From Pseudomonadota bacterium (lineage in GTDB: Bacteria > Desulfobacterota > Desulfobacteria > Desulfobacterales > JBDRRP01), in NCBI GenBank assembly GCA_043825735.1, contig JBDRRP010000092.1, forward strand, positions 1 through 64,000: a DNA stretch of 64,000 nt, written 5' to 3'. Both the position numbers and the translations under genes were made by a program. Below the pieces are notes generated by a model. The model worked only from the letters and a program-made list of their open reading frames with translations, was not told the origin of the DNA and made no database searches. Below, piece by piece: positions 1-9,558 of the stretch. The number at the start of each line of letters is the position of its first letter. Within the stretch, counting starts at the first letter, position 1.

Positions 1-147
1 GTGAAAAAGGGGGAAACCGTGGTGGTGCTCGAAGCCATGAAGATGGAAAACGCCCTGCCGGCGCCCTGCGACGGCACCATCGCCGCCGTCAACGTGAAAA
101 GCGGCGACAACGTGGCCAAGGGCGCCGTGCTGGTCGTTATCGGGTAG
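1..147 (+). CDS. 3' end of a biotin/lipoyl-attachment domain protein (biotin carboxyl carrier domain, e.g. pyruvate carboxylase/decarboxylase subunit); partial
   Basis: Frame 1 reads VKKGETVVVLEAMKMENALPAPCDGTIAAVNVKSGDNVAKGAVLVVIG*, with the canonical EAMKM biotinylation motif. Confidence 0.9.
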   Translation: MKKGETVVVLEAMKMENALPAPCDGTIAAVNVKSGDNVAKGAVLVVIG

Positions 148-183
148 ATGGATCGGCTGAGGGCATAAGGTAAAGGGTGGCGG

Positions 184-208
184 GTAGGGCGGGTAACTAT
201 ACCCGCCC
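184..208 (+). repeat. GTAG-type REP-like palindrome
   Basis: GTAG followed by GGCGGGTA-acta-TACCCGCC hairpin. Confidence 0.55.
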
Positions 209-224
209 GCGCCAAAAAAATATT

Positions 225-337
225 CACCACGAAGAACACGAAGGGCACGAAGCGAAACTTCTTGTAATGCAGTTCTCTGCGTCTTTGCGCCTCTGCGCGA
301 GACTTCGGTTTGGATTTCCTTCGTGCACTTCGTGGTT
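225..337. repeat. Tri-heptamer palindromic element (CACGAAG type) with a nested CTCTGCG half-element
   Basis: CACGAAG x3 at 228-252, inverted CTTCGTG x2 at 319-334; ctctgcg-t-ctttgcg-c-ctctgcg-cgaga at about 275-302. Confidence 0.8.
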
Positions 338-380
338 AAATCAATACGTTCGCGGTGAACCAGCAAAAAGGGGAAGACGC

Positions 381-1541
381 GTGAAAATTCATGAATATCA
401 GGCAAAAATGCTGTTTCGAAAATTCGGTGTCCCGGTTCCCGAGGGCGGCGTGGCTTTTTCCGTCAAGGAGGCCCTTGAAGTCGCCGAAGGCCTCGACGGA
501 TTTCCCGTGGTGGTCAAGGCACAAATCCACGCCGGCGGCCGCGGTAAAGGCGGGGGGGTCAAGATCGCCAAAACCAAGGACGATGTGACCCATTTTGCCG
601 GTGCGATCCTCGGCATGACCCTGGTGACCCATCAGACCGGACCCGAAGGCCGTCTGGTGAAAAAGGTCCTGGTGGAGCAGGGGCTCAATATCGTCAAGGA
701 ACTCTATCTCAGCATTCTGCCGGACAGGGCCTCGGCCACCCATCTGATCATGGCCAGCCAGGCTGGCGGTATGGACATCGAAGAAGTGGCGGCGACCACT
801 CCGGAAAAACTCATCAAGGTGCACGTGGATCCGCTTGTGGGGATCCAGGGTTATCACTGCCGGGAAGTGATGTTCGCGCTGGCCATCCCCGCCGCCGCCA
901 TGAAGTCTTTCACCCAGTTGCTCACCAACCTTTACAAACTATTTGTCGCCTACGACTGCTCCCTGCTTGAGATCAACCCGCTGGTCATCACCGCCGAACA
1001 CGCCGTGCTGGCTTTGGATGCCAAGGTCGACATCGACAGCAACGCGCTGTACCGGCACCCGGATGTCCAGGAATTCCGGGATCTGGATGAAGAAGATCCG
1101 CTGGAGGTGGAAGCCTCCAAGTACAATCTCAACTACATCAATCTGGACGGCAACGTGGGCTATATGGTCAACGGCGCCGTGCTGGCCATGGCGACCATGG
1201 ACATCATCAAGCAGGCGGGCGCCGCACCGGCCAATTTTTTGGATGTGGGGGGCGGCGCCAGCGCCGAAATGGTGGAAAACGGCTTCCGCATCATTTTGAG
1301 CGATCCCAACGTCAAGGGGATTCTCATCAACATCTTCGGCGGAATCCTGCGCTGCGACGTGCTGGCCCAGGGCGTGGTGGAGGCGGCCAAGAAAACCAAC
1401 ATCACCGTGCCGGTGGTGGTGCGCATGGAAGGCACCAACGTGGAGGAGGGCCGCCGCATCCTGGCGCAGTCCGGCCTCAACCTCACGACGGCCGTGGACC
1501 TGAAAGACGCCGCCCAGAAGGTGGCCGATCTCGTGGCATAG
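381..1541 (+). CDS. sucC: Succinyl-CoA synthetase beta subunit
   Basis: GTG start [49 protein letters not shown] motifs. Confidence 0.96.
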   Translation: MKIHEYQAKMLFRKFGVPVPEGGVAFSVKEALEVAEGLDGFPVVVKAQIHAGGRGKGGGVKIAKTKDDVTHFAGAILGMTLVTHQTGPEGRLVKKVLVEQGLNIVKELYLSILPDRASATHLIMASQAGGMDIEEVAATTPEKLIKVHVDPLVGIQGYHCREVMFALAIPAAAMKSFTQLLTNLYKLFVAYDCSLLEINPLVITAEHAVLALDAKVDIDSNALYRHPDVQEFRDLDEEDPLEVEASKYNLNYINLDGNVGYMVNGAVLAMATMDIIKQAGAAPANFLDVGGGASAEMVENGFRIILSDPNVKGILINIFGGILRCDVLAQGVVEAAKKTNITVPVVVRMEGTNVEEGRRILAQSGLNLTTAVDLKDAAQKVADLVA

Positions 1542-1638
1542 GCGCAGCGGTCTTGGATCCGTTTTAACGGGAACGGCCAAGGCGCGTCGACGGCGGGAGT
1601 ATTTACGACCATTAAAACACTACAGCGAGGATAGAATC

Positions 1639-2511
1639 GTGAGCATATTCGTGAGCAAGGATACCCGGCTGCTGGTTCAAGGCATCACCGGCCGGGAAGG
1701 TCAGTTTCACACGAGGCAGTGCGTGGCCTACGGCACCAGTGTGGTGGCCGGAGTCACCCCCGGAAAAGCCGGCCAGAAGATGGATGACGTGCCGGTGTTC
1801 AATACTGTGCGGGAAGCCGTTGCCGGCACCGGAGCGAACTGCAGCATGATTTTCGTGCCGCCGCCGTTTGCGGCCGATGCCATCATGGAGGCGGCCGACG
1901 CCGGGGTGCCGCTCATCGTGGCCATTACCGAGGGCATTCCGGTGATGGACATGATGAAGGTGAAGAACTTTCTCAAGGGACGCTCAAGCCGGCTTATCGG
2001 GCCCAATTGCCCCGGGATCATTACCCCCGGCGAGTGCAAGGTGGGGATCATGCCCGGGCCCATCCATCAGCCCGGCGGTCCGGTGGGCGTCGTTTCCCGA
2101 TCCGGGACCCTCACCTATGAAGTGGTTTTTCAGCTGACCCAGCAGAAACTGGGGCAGACGACCTGCATCGGCATCGGCGGAGACCCGGTCAACGGCACCA
2201 ATTTCATCGACTGCCTGGCGGCCTTCCAGGATGATCCGGACACCAAGGGCATCGTCATGGTGGGCGAAATCGGGGGTTCGGCCGAAGAGGAGGCCGCCGC
2301 GTTCATTGCCGACAAGGTCACCAAACCGGTGGTGGGTTTCATCGCCGGGCTCACCGCGCCGCCGGGCCGCCGCATGGGGCACGCCGGCGCCATCGTCAGC
2401 GGCGGCAGCGGCACGGCCCAGGGCAAGATCGCGGCCATGCGCGAAGGCGGCATCCACGTCTGTGAAAACCTCGGCACTCTCGGAGAACTCTGCGCCGACG
2501 TCTTCAGATAA
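1639..2511 (+). CDS. sucD: Succinyl-CoA synthetase alpha subunit
   Basis: [27 protein letters not shown] (phospho-His) motifs; follows sucC. Confidence 0.97.
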   Translation: MSIFVSKDTRLLVQGITGREGQFHTRQCVAYGTSVVAGVTPGKAGQKMDDVPVFNTVREAVAGTGANCSMIFVPPPFAADAIMEAADAGVPLIVAITEGIPVMDMMKVKNFLKGRSSRLIGPNCPGIITPGECKVGIMPGPIHQPGGPVGVVSRSGTLTYEVVFQLTQQKLGQTTCIGIGGDPVNGTNFIDCLAAFQDDPDTKGIVMVGEIGGSAEEEAAAFIADKVTKPVVGFIAGLTAPPGRRMGHAGAIVSGGSGTAQGKIAAMREGGIHVCENLGTLGELCADVFR

Positions 2512-2537
2512 ATTCGCCAAACAGCCGGCGAATTTAT
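2508..2537. terminator. Stem-loop at sucD 3' end (second copy at 15496-15520)
   Basis: ATAAATTCGCC-N8-GGCGAATTTAT perfect 11-bp inverted repeat including the stop codon. Confidence 0.6.
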
Positions 2538-2545
2538 ATATCACT

Positions 2546-2741
2546 GCAAAGGCGGTCCGCTCGGGTGCGGTCCGCCTTTGGTCGTATGGGCAGGGCGAAC
2601 ACAAGGTTCGCCCCTACATGCCATGACGAGACCGGGAGATGACGTGGGTGTTTGGCCGGGGTTTGCGGATACCGGTGATGGCGGGAATGCCGGGTTCGGG
2701 ATCACCGCGTTTAACCGCAGGGGCGAATCTTGGGTTCGCCC
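2546..2741. repeat. Cluster of REP-like GTAG/GCAG palindromes
   Basis: Minus strand GTAGGGGCGAACCTTGTGTTCGCCCT (2592-2617), plus strand GCAGGGGCGAATCTTGGGTTCGCCC (2717-2741), degenerate copy near 2546-2580. Confidence 0.65.
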
Positions 2742-2801
2742 AGGGCTTGACCCGGCAGCCACCTTGCCTTTGCGGCGGGATTCCATTAAGGAGAGTCCAC
2801 T

Positions 2802-3158
2802 ATGCACGAGATGGGAATTGCACTGGAGATCATCGATATCGCCCGGGCGTCCATACCGCCCGACATGCCGGATGCCGTGGTGGCCCGGGTGAACCTCAAG
2901 GTGGGCAAACTCTCGGCCATCGTCCCGGAAAGCCTCCGGTTCTGCTTTGAGATTGCCGCCAAGGAGACGTCCCTGGCCGGCGCAGATCTTCATATCGAGG
3001 AAGTGCCGGTGACGGCCCGGTGCGAGGACTGCGACAGGGAGTGGGTTATCACCGAGCCGGTGTTTTCCTGCAACGCCTGCGGCAGCGGGAAAATCAAGCT
3101 GCTCTCGGGCAAGGAACTGGACATCGTATCCATCGAAATTTCCCAAGAGGATGACTGA
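2802..3158 (+). CDS. hypA: Hydrogenase maturation nickel metallochaperone HypA
   Basis: N-terminal MHE, CEDC...CNAC zinc site, GKEL near C-terminus. Confidence 0.93.
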   Translation: MHEMGIALEIIDIARASIPPDMPDAVVARVNLKVGKLSAIVPESLRFCFEIAAKETSLAGADLHIEEVPVTARCEDCDREWVITEPVFSCNACGSGKIKLLSGKELDIVSIEISQEDD

Positions 3159-3972
3159 CATGCTGCATCCCGATTCACCGATCCGCATCTTTTACCACAA
3201 GGGGCATTCCCATGGTGGTGGCACCGATCACGGCCACGATCACGGCCACGATCACGATCATGATCACGATCATAAGCATGATCGTGAGGGTGCCAGAACC
3301 CGTGAGATCAAGGTCGTTCGAAACGTTCTGGACGCCAACAACCAGATGGCCGCAGCGCTTCGAAAGAAGTTTGCCGACAGTGGGGTGTTCGTCATCAACG
3401 TCATGAGCTCTCCGGGCTCTGGAAAGACCACTACCCTGATCCGGGTGCTATCGTCCCTGATGCCGCAGCTGCGCTGCGGGGTCATTGTGGGCGATATCTG
3501 CTCCACCCATGACGCCGACAAGCTGGCCACCAGCGGGGCCCCGGTGGTCCAGATCAATACCGACGCTTTCGGCGGCGACTGCCATCTGGCCGCCCATGTC
3601 ATCGACACCGCCGTGGCGGGCATGGATCTGGGCGCGCTCGACCTGCTGGTGGTGGAAAATATCGGCAACCTGGTCTGCCCGGCGGAATTCGACATCGGCG
3701 AAGATCTGCGCATCGTCATGCTCAGCGTCACCGAAGGCGAAGACAAGCCCATCAAGTACCCGCTCATGTTTCGGGTCTGCGAGGCGGCCATTATCAACAA
3801 GATCGATCTTTTGCCCTATCTCGATCTGGATCTGGCGACCGTCAGCGGCGCCATCCATCAGATCCACCCGGGAATTCCGTTGTTTCCCGTCTCCGCCAAG
3901 ACGGGCGAAGGGCTCGGCGCCTTCTGCGATTGGTTGGCGGCCCAGGTGCGTTCGAAGATGGAACGAAAATGA
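3151..3972 (+). CDS. hypB: Hydrogenase nickel incorporation GTPase HypB with His-rich N-terminus (alternative start 3160)
   Basis: SSPGSGKT, CHL, ENIGNLVCPA, EGEDKP-KYP, NKID motifs; HDH repeats. Confidence 0.93.
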   Translation: MTDMLHPDSPIRIFYHKGHSHGGGTDHGHDHGHDHDHDHDHKHDREGARTREIKVVRNVLDANNQMAAALRKKFADSGVFVINVMSSPGSGKTTTLIRVLSSLMPQLRCGVIVGDICSTHDADKLATSGAPVVQINTDAFGGDCHLAAHVIDTAVAGMDLGALDLLVVENIGNLVCPAEFDIGEDLRIVMLSVTEGEDKPIKYPLMFRVCEAAIINKIDLLPYLDLDLATVSGAIHQIHPGIPLFPVSAKTGEGLGAFCDWLAAQVRSKMERK

Positions 3973-4853
3973 ATCTATACCGAAACTGGTTTCTCGCCAG
4001 CCGTCCCTGGTCCTTTTCCATGACGGCCATCTCGGTGGGCGTCGGAAGTGCCATGGCGGCAATCGATGGGCCGTTTTCCTGGGCCCTGTTCCTTCTGGCC
4101 CTGACCAGTGCCGTTTTTCTGCACGCGGCCACCAATCTGATCAACGATTACTATGACGTGAAAAACGGTATCGATACCGTTGCGTCTGCCACGGCCCAGT
4201 ACCGACCCCATCCCCTGGTGGAGAACCTGCTGCCGGCCGAACAGGTGCGCTGGGTCGCCTACGGGCTTTTCACGATTGCGGCAGCCATTGGTCTGTACCT
4301 GACCGCCGTAAGCGGGCAGACGGTGTTCTGGATCGGATTGATCGGACTTCTGGCCGGACTGACCTATACCGCGCCGCCGTTCAAGTACAAGTACGTCGCC
4401 TTGGGGGAACTGTCCGTGTTTCTGATGTGGGGCCCGCTGATGGTGGAAGGGGCCTTCTTTGTCCAGCGGCAAACCCTCAGCGTCATGGCCCTCTGGGTTT
4501 CGCTTCCCTTCGGTGCATTGGTGGCTCTCGTTTTGCTCGCCAACAACATCCGCGATATCGACCACGACCGCAGCCGCCACATCCGGACCCTTGCCATCCT
4601 TTTTGGACGCAAAGGGGGGCTGTATTGCTATCTCCTGCTGATGGTGTCCGCGTATGCGGGAATCGTGGCTCTGGCCGGCGCTTTGACGCCCTGGGTGCTC
4701 ATCATTTTCCTTACGGTGCCCCTTGCAGTTCGTCTGCTGCGCCAGATGATCCGGGAAGTTCCCAACGATGCCGACGCCCAGACGGCCAAGCTGGATACCG
4801 CATTCGGTGTGCTGCTGGTGGCTTCCCTGGTCTTGGAAGGGCTTTTCAGATGA
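3969..4853 (+). CDS. menA: UbiA-family prenyltransferase, MenA-like (DHNA polyprenyltransferase)
   Basis: RPWSF, NLINDYYDVKNGID, NNIRDIDHD motifs; multiple TM helices; ATGA overlap with hypB. Confidence 0.8.
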   Translation: MNLYRNWFLASRPWSFSMTAISVGVGSAMAAIDGPFSWALFLLALTSAVFLHAATNLINDYYDVKNGIDTVASATAQYRPHPLVENLLPAEQVRWVAYGLFTIAAAIGLYLTAVSGQTVFWIGLIGLLAGLTYTAPPFKYKYVALGELSVFLMWGPLMVEGAFFVQRQTLSVMALWVSLPFGALVALVLLANNIRDIDHDRSRHIRTLAILFGRKGGLYCYLLLMVSAYAGIVALAGALTPWVLIIFLTVPLAVRLLRQMIREVPNDADAQTAKLDTAFGVLLVASLVLEGLFR

Positions 4854-5473
4854 ATCCGGCGACAACTCGGTCACGGTGGGTGTGGGCGACCGCAGCCCTT
4901 GCCGCTGGATTTTGGTTTGCCTCGTTTTATCTGAGTTTTTCCAACTTCTGGATCAAGATCGCGACCTCCGCCGCAACCCTGGCCGCCGTGTCCCTGTTTA
5001 TTCAGCCGCCCCGGGAAAGGCCCCGCATCCAGATCCGCGATATTGTTCTGGGTGTGGTCTCCGCGGTGGCATTATGGTTCATTTTCTGGACCGGGAAAGC
5101 GATTTCCACGGAAATCTTTCCTTTTGCGGGGCATCAGATTGGTGCCATATACGGAAAAGGAGAAGGGTTTTCTCGCTGGGCGGTGTTTTTTCTGCTGCTG
5201 CTGGTCACCGGCCCAAGCGAGGAGATTTATTGGCGGGGGTTTCTCCAGAAAAACCTCATGCAGCGCTACGGCAACCGCCAGGGATGGATGCTCGCCACAG
5301 CCATCTATGCCGGCGTTCATATCTGGTCGCTGAATTTCATGCTGATCGGGGCCGCAGCCGTTGCCGGCGCTTTCTGGGGGCTGATGTACTGGCGTTGGGG
5401 CCGCCTGGCGCCGGTGATCGTTTCCCACGCACTGTGGAGCGCGGTTGTCTTCGCGGTCATCCCCATCCCCTGA
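4850..5473 (+). CDS. CPBP family intramembrane glutamic endopeptidase (CAAX/Abi)
   Basis: EEIYWRG, YAGVH and SHALWS motifs; hydrophobic; ATGA overlap with upstream gene. Confidence 0.88.
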   Translation: MNPATTRSRWVWATAALAAGFWFASFYLSFSNFWIKIATSAATLAAVSLFIQPPRERPRIQIRDIVLGVVSAVALWFIFWTGKAISTEIFPFAGHQIGAIYGKGEGFSRWAVFFLLLLVTGPSEEIYWRGFLQKNLMQRYGNRQGWMLATAIYAGVHIWSLNFMLIGAAAVAGAFWGLMYWRWGRLAPVIVSHALWSAVVFAVIPIP

Positions 5474-5518
5474 TATCTTCACCAATTGCCGTGAACCATG
5501 AGTGTAAGCAAGTGGCTG

Positions 5519-5568
5519 TTGACGAGCGGGTTTTGCTGTATTACGATCATCTAAAAACGTAATACAGC
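5519..5568 (+). promoter_or_regulatory. sigma70 promoter with overlapping palindromic operator of the TA operon
   Basis: TTGACG-17bp-TACGAT (5519-5547); perfect IR GCTGTATTACG-N12-CGTAATACAGC (5535-5568). Confidence 0.75.
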
Positions 5569-5583
5569 CGATAGGAGACAACC

Positions 5584-5823
5584 ATGCAAGTCAGCTTGAG
5601 AGTCCCTCCCGAAACGAGTGAACAGCTGGAATCCTTGGCGGAAAAAACCGGTAAAACAAAAACCGCTTTGATTCTGGAGGCATTGAAAGAAAAATATGAG
5701 TTGGTAAAGGACCGTACACAGCTTGTTCGAGATCTGGCGGGTTGGATGCCGGTGGAAGAATGTGATGCGTTGCGCACTGCTGTTGCCGAGTTCGATGCTG
5801 TGGATGACGAGGACTGGCAATGA
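5584..5823 (+). CDS. Ribbon-helix-helix antitoxin (VapB-like)
   Basis: MQVSLRVP...LESLAEKTGKTKTALILEAL RHH pattern, acidic C-terminus, ATGA overlap with PIN gene. Confidence 0.8.
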   Translation: MQVSLRVPPETSEQLESLAEKTGKTKTALILEALKEKYELVKDRTQLVRDLAGWMPVEECDALRTAVAEFDAVDDEDWQ

Positions 5824-6212
5824 AGCTGGTGATAGATACTAATATCTATTGCGACTTTGCCGAAGGCGTCCCCCAGTCCGTGGATGTAATCGCAACCTTG
5901 GGACGCGACCTGTACCTGCCCGCCATCGTTATCGGTGAATTGTCTTACGGCTTCATGAAAGGCAACCGGCGGGAAGCAAATGAGCGAAAGCTCGATGAAA
6001 TCATTCGATTGCTGGATATCACGATCGTTGACGCCACACGGTCAGTTGCCTCTAAATACGGTCTGATCTACCTGTCTCTAATAAGGAATGGTCGAAAAAT
6101 TCCTTTGAATGACGTATGGATAGCGGCTTGTTGCATGGAGATCGGGGGGACGCTGCTAACCCGTGATCACCATTTTGATCAGGTCGAACAGATTGATAAG
6201 ATTATCTTATAA
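5820..6212 (+). CDS. vapC: PIN-domain toxin VapC
   Basis: LVIDTN, GEL, NDVWIAA, LLTRDHHF PIN motifs. Confidence 0.9.
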   Translation: MKLVIDTNIYCDFAEGVPQSVDVIATLGRDLYLPAIVIGELSYGFMKGNRREANERKLDEIIRLLDITIVDATRSVASKYGLIYLSLIRNGRKIPLNDVWIAACCMEIGGTLLTRDHHFDQVEQIDKIIL

Positions 6213-6228
6213 CAGGGTATTTTTTTAT

Positions 6229-6275
6229 AAAAATCAGTGCCGCAGCCGGGGTTTCGGCTGCGGCACTGATTTTTT
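6229..6275. terminator. Bidirectional intrinsic terminator between vapC and nifS
   Basis: AAAAATCAGTGCCGCAGCCG-gggttt-CGGCTGCGGCACTGATTTTT long stem flanked by A/T runs. Confidence 0.85.
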
Positions 6276-7446
6276 AGTGGCAGACCGCCCCGTCTTTCCA
6301 GTAGGGGGAGAGCTGTCTGAGGCGTGCGATGATGGGGGGCAGCTTTTCCAGGACAAGATCGATGTCTTTTTCGGTGTTGTAGATGCTCAGGCTGAAGCGG
6401 ATGGAGCCGTGGGCCGAGGTATAGGGGACACCCATGGCGCGCAATACGTGTGAAGGCTCCAGCGAACCGGACGTGCAGGCCGAGCCCGAGGAGGCGCAGA
6501 TGCCGAATTCGTCCATCATCAGGAGAATGGCCTCGCCCTCCACGCTGTCGAAACCGATGCTGGTGGTATTTGGCAGGCGGTTTTCGATATCGCCGTTGAC
6601 GGCGGCGCAGGGGATTGTCTCCAAAAGCCCTTTTTCCAGTTTGTCTCGCAAGGCCCGCACCCGCGTGTTTTCTTCGGTCATCATGGCCGCAGCCAACTCG
6701 GCCGCTCGGCCAAGACCGATGATTGACGCGGTGTTCTCGGTGCCGCCGCGGCGACCGTGCTCCTGGTGGCCACCGATGAGAAAGGGGGCGAACTTGGTTC
6801 CTTTTCTCACGTAGAGGGCGCCGATGCCCTTGGGGGCGTGCAGCTTGTGGCCGGAAAGCGCCAGCATGCTCACCGGGGTTTTTTTCACGTCGATGGGGAC
6901 TTTGCCCACGGCCTGTACCGCATCGGTGTGAAAGGGGATGCCCCGGCCGGTGACTTCCGCGGCCAATTCGTCGATGGGGAAGATGACGCCGGTCTCGTTG
7001 TTGGCCCACATGACGCTCACTACGGCCGTGTCGTCCGACAGGTGCTTGACAAGGTAGTCCACATCCAGCCGTCCCAGGTGGTCCACCGGGACAGCAGTCA
7101 CCCGGTAGCCCTTTTTGGAAAGGTGCTCGCCAAGGTTTTTTACCGCCGGATGCTCGACCCGCGTGGTGATGATGTGCTTTCGATCCGGGTGCGCCTCCAG
7201 GGCGGCCCGGATGGCGGTGCTGTCGCTTTCCGTTCCGCAGCTGGTCAGTACGATCTCGCCCGGATCCGCATTGATGAGGGCGGCGATCTTGTCTCGTGCC
7301 TCACTGAGATGGCGCGCCACCTGTCCGCCGAACCGGTGCATACTGGAAGGGTTTCCGTAATAGCCGGTGAGAAACGGCATCATGGCCTCGACGACTTCCG
7401 GGGCCACCTGGGTGGTGGCGTTGTTGTCCAGATAAATCACGTCCAT
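6274..7446 (-). CDS. nifS: Cysteine desulfurase NifS
   Basis: YLDNNATT, HTDAVQ, SGHKLH (PLP Lys), SSGSACTS. Confidence 0.95.
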   Translation of the reverse strand: MDVIYLDNNATTQVAPEVVEAMMPFLTGYYGNPSSMHRFGGQVARHLSEARDKIAALINADPGEIVLTSCGTESDSTAIRAALEAHPDRKHIITTRVEHPAVKNLGEHLSKKGYRVTAVPVDHLGRLDVDYLVKHLSDDTAVVSVMWANNETGVIFPIDELAAEVTGRGIPFHTDAVQAVGKVPIDVKKTPVSMLALSGHKLHAPKGIGALYVRKGTKFAPFLIGGHQEHGRRGGTENTASIIGLGRAAELAAAMMTEENTRVRALRDKLEKGLLETIPCAAVNGDIENRLPNTTSIGFDSVEGEAILLMMDEFGICASSGSACTSGSLEPSHVLRAMGVPYTSAHGSIRFSLSIYNTEKDIDLVLEKLPPIIARLRQLSPYWKDGAVCH

Positions 7447-8273
7447 CAGCGTACCTCCTCAACGATCAGCTCAGGTGTCACCAGTTCACGGAGTTTGCTC
7501 TCCACGTAGTTTTTCAGCGTGATCTGCGATTTCTGGCAGGTGGCGCAGGATCCGCGCATTCGGACGAAGACCCGGTGGCCGTCTACGTCGATGAGATCGA
7601 TGTCGCCGCCGTCCTTTTTCAGCCCTGGCTTGATCTCCCGTTCCAAAGTTTCTTCGATGAGCTTGATTTTTTGGATGTTGGTGAGTCGCGGGGTGACTTT
7701 GATTTCCATCCGTTGGATACCGGTGTGCGTGTCGATGATCTCCTGGATCCGGTCGTGGCAGTTGCCGCAACCGCCGCCGGCCTTGACGTAGTCGGTGACT
7801 TCCTCGATGGTCTTCAGATGATTTTCCGTTACGGCTCTCTTGATCTGTACATCCGTGACGCCGAAGCATTCGCAGACAATTTCCCCTTCGATCTTTTTTT
7901 CCGACTCACCGAGATAGCAGGAGATGGCCTTTTCCAAGGCATCGCGCCCCATCACGGAGCAATGCATTTTTTCCTTGGGAAGACCCCCTAGGTAGTCGGC
8001 GATGTGCTCGTTGGTGATCTCCCTGGCTTCGTCCAGGGTTTTGCCGATGAGCATCTCCGTCAGCGCAGACGATGAGGCGATGGCACTGGCGCACCCAAAG
8101 GTCTGAAACCTTGCGTCTTTGATTCGTTTGTCATCGTCAAGTTTCAGGTAAAGGGTGAGGGCGTCTCCACAGGCCAGTGAACCGACTTCGCCCACCGCAT
8201 CCGCATCCTCGATGACCCCCACGTTACGGGGATTCAAAAAATGTTCTTTTGTCTTATCCGTGTACTCCCACAT
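7446..8273 (-). CDS. nifU: Fe-S cluster scaffold NifU (three-domain)
   Basis: IscU-like domain (ACGD, FGCASA, KMHC), BFD-like CECF...CGNC, C-terminal Nfu domain GSCATC. Confidence 0.95.
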   Translation of the reverse strand: MWEYTDKTKEHFLNPRNVGVIEDADAVGEVGSLACGDALTLYLKLDDDKRIKDARFQTFGCASAIASSSALTEMLIGKTLDEAREITNEHIADYLGGLPKEKMHCSVMGRDALEKAISCYLGESEKKIEGEIVCECFGVTDVQIKRAVTENHLKTIEEVTDYVKAGGGCGNCHDRIQEIIDTHTGIQRMEIKVTPRLTNIQKIKLIEETLEREIKPGLKKDGGDIDLIDVDGHRVFVRMRGSCATCQKSQITLKNYVESKLRELVTPELIVEEVR

Positions 8274-8497
8274 GAGATCCTCCCATCAGGCGGTTCAGAG
8301 CGACTAACATCTTGTATTAACATGGCATCATAAATATAGTGGCACTGCGGCAGGGCACTCTGAATCGCTGCGCTGCCAGTTGACGCAACTATTGTAATCA
8401 CGATCTCCGAAATGAAAAGGGATTTGCCGGGTATCCGGCGCCGGGACTGTACTCATCGTCTCCCGGCCATTGACCGAGGATATAAAGGAGGTGCTCC

Positions 8498-9349
8498 ATG
8501 ACGGTGCGAAAGGCTTTGCTGGCCGGCAGTTGGTACCCGGGAATCAAATCCGAATGTTTAAAGCAGATCGATGCGTTCATCGCTCCAGCGGGTGCCGATG
8601 TCACCGAAGACGTCGCGCGCCGCGGGGGTGTGGTGCCGCATGCCGGTTGGGCATATTCCGGAAGTATTGCCTGTCGGGTGTTTCACGTTCTGGCGCAGTT
8701 GCCGCCCCCGGATGCCGTGGTCGTGTTCGGGATGCACATGCATCCATCCGCCACGGCCTGCATCATGACCCGTGGCGGCTGGGAGACGCCGCTGGGGACC
8801 GTGCCCATCCACGAAGCATTGGCCAAAGAATTGGCCGGGCGTTTCCGGTTCAACCGTGACCGGGAGCAGGACTTCGCGCGGGACAACACGATTGAGCTGC
8901 AGATGCCCTTTATCCGACATTTTTTTCCGAAGACGCCGTTTGTGCCCGTGGGGGTCCCACCGACGCCTGCGTCCTTAGACATGGGGGCCGCGGTGATGGA
9001 CATTGCCGCGGCCGAAGGGTTTACCGTGATGGTCATCGGCTCCACCGATCTGACCCACTATGGGCCCAATTACGGATTCATGCCCGAAGGCGGCGGGCCC
9101 CGGGCGCTCGATTGGGTGAGAAATGACAACGACCGGCGGGCCATCCAAGCCATCCTGGATCTTGATCCCCGGCGCATCATCCAGGAGGGCCTTCAGAACA
9201 GCAACGCCTGCTGTTGCGGCGCCGCGGCCGCCGCCGTCGCCGGGGCCGCCGCGGCAGGGGCCATCGCCCCGCGGCTGCTGGCCTATGGTACCAGCTATGA
9301 CGTCAGTCCCGGCGCGAGTTTTGTGGGCTATGCAGGCATCCTCTTGTAG
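8498..9349 (+). CDS. amrB: MEMO1-family protein (AmmeMemoRadiSam system protein B)
   Basis: AGSWYP, PHAGWAYSG, WETPLG, IELQMPF, STDLTHYG, VGYA motifs. Confidence 0.88.
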   Translation: MTVRKALLAGSWYPGIKSECLKQIDAFIAPAGADVTEDVARRGGVVPHAGWAYSGSIACRVFHVLAQLPPPDAVVVFGMHMHPSATACIMTRGGWETPLGTVPIHEALAKELAGRFRFNRDREQDFARDNTIELQMPFIRHFFPKTPFVPVGVPPTPASLDMGAAVMDIAAAEGFTVMVIGSTDLTHYGPNYGFMPEGGGPRALDWVRNDNDRRAIQAILDLDPRRIIQEGLQNSNACCCGAAAAAVAGAAAAGAIAPRLLAYGTSYDVSPGASFVGYAGILL

Positions 9350-9418
9350 GACCGATCTCAAGAAAGTCTTCGCGCTTATGCCGGATGCTCCAGCCTTTTG
9401 ACCGGTGGTTGATTTTCT

Positions 9419-9551
9419 CGGGATCGATATCGATTGGCACCGTCAGGCCGTCAGCCGTTACGTCCTATCATTTTAGGGCGCGTATCGACAGGCCGCCGAT
9501 GCCGCCATGGTCCTGCCCACGACGCCAATGGCGATTTCGATAGCGATCCCG
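9419..9551. repeat. ATCG-hexamer inverted repeat element
   Basis: CGGGATCGATATCGA (9419-9433) versus TCGATAGCGATCCCG (9537-9551), 14/15 complementary; related to 44942-45003. Confidence 0.6.
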
Positions 9552-9558
9552 TGGGCGT

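Noticed and set aside
225..337. Heptamer arrays as a CRISPR array
   Set aside because: Units are 7 bp with 1-2 nt gaps and are inverted; there are no 25-45 bp repeats with unique spacers and no cas genes
177..380. N-terminal extension of the sucC ORF (HHEEHEGHE...)
   Set aside because: It is translation through the CACGAAG repeat element; the real start is GTG at 381 after a GGGG/AAGG RBS
3224..3282. CACGAT tandem repeats
   Set aside because: Explained by the His/Asp-rich nickel-binding tract of HypB
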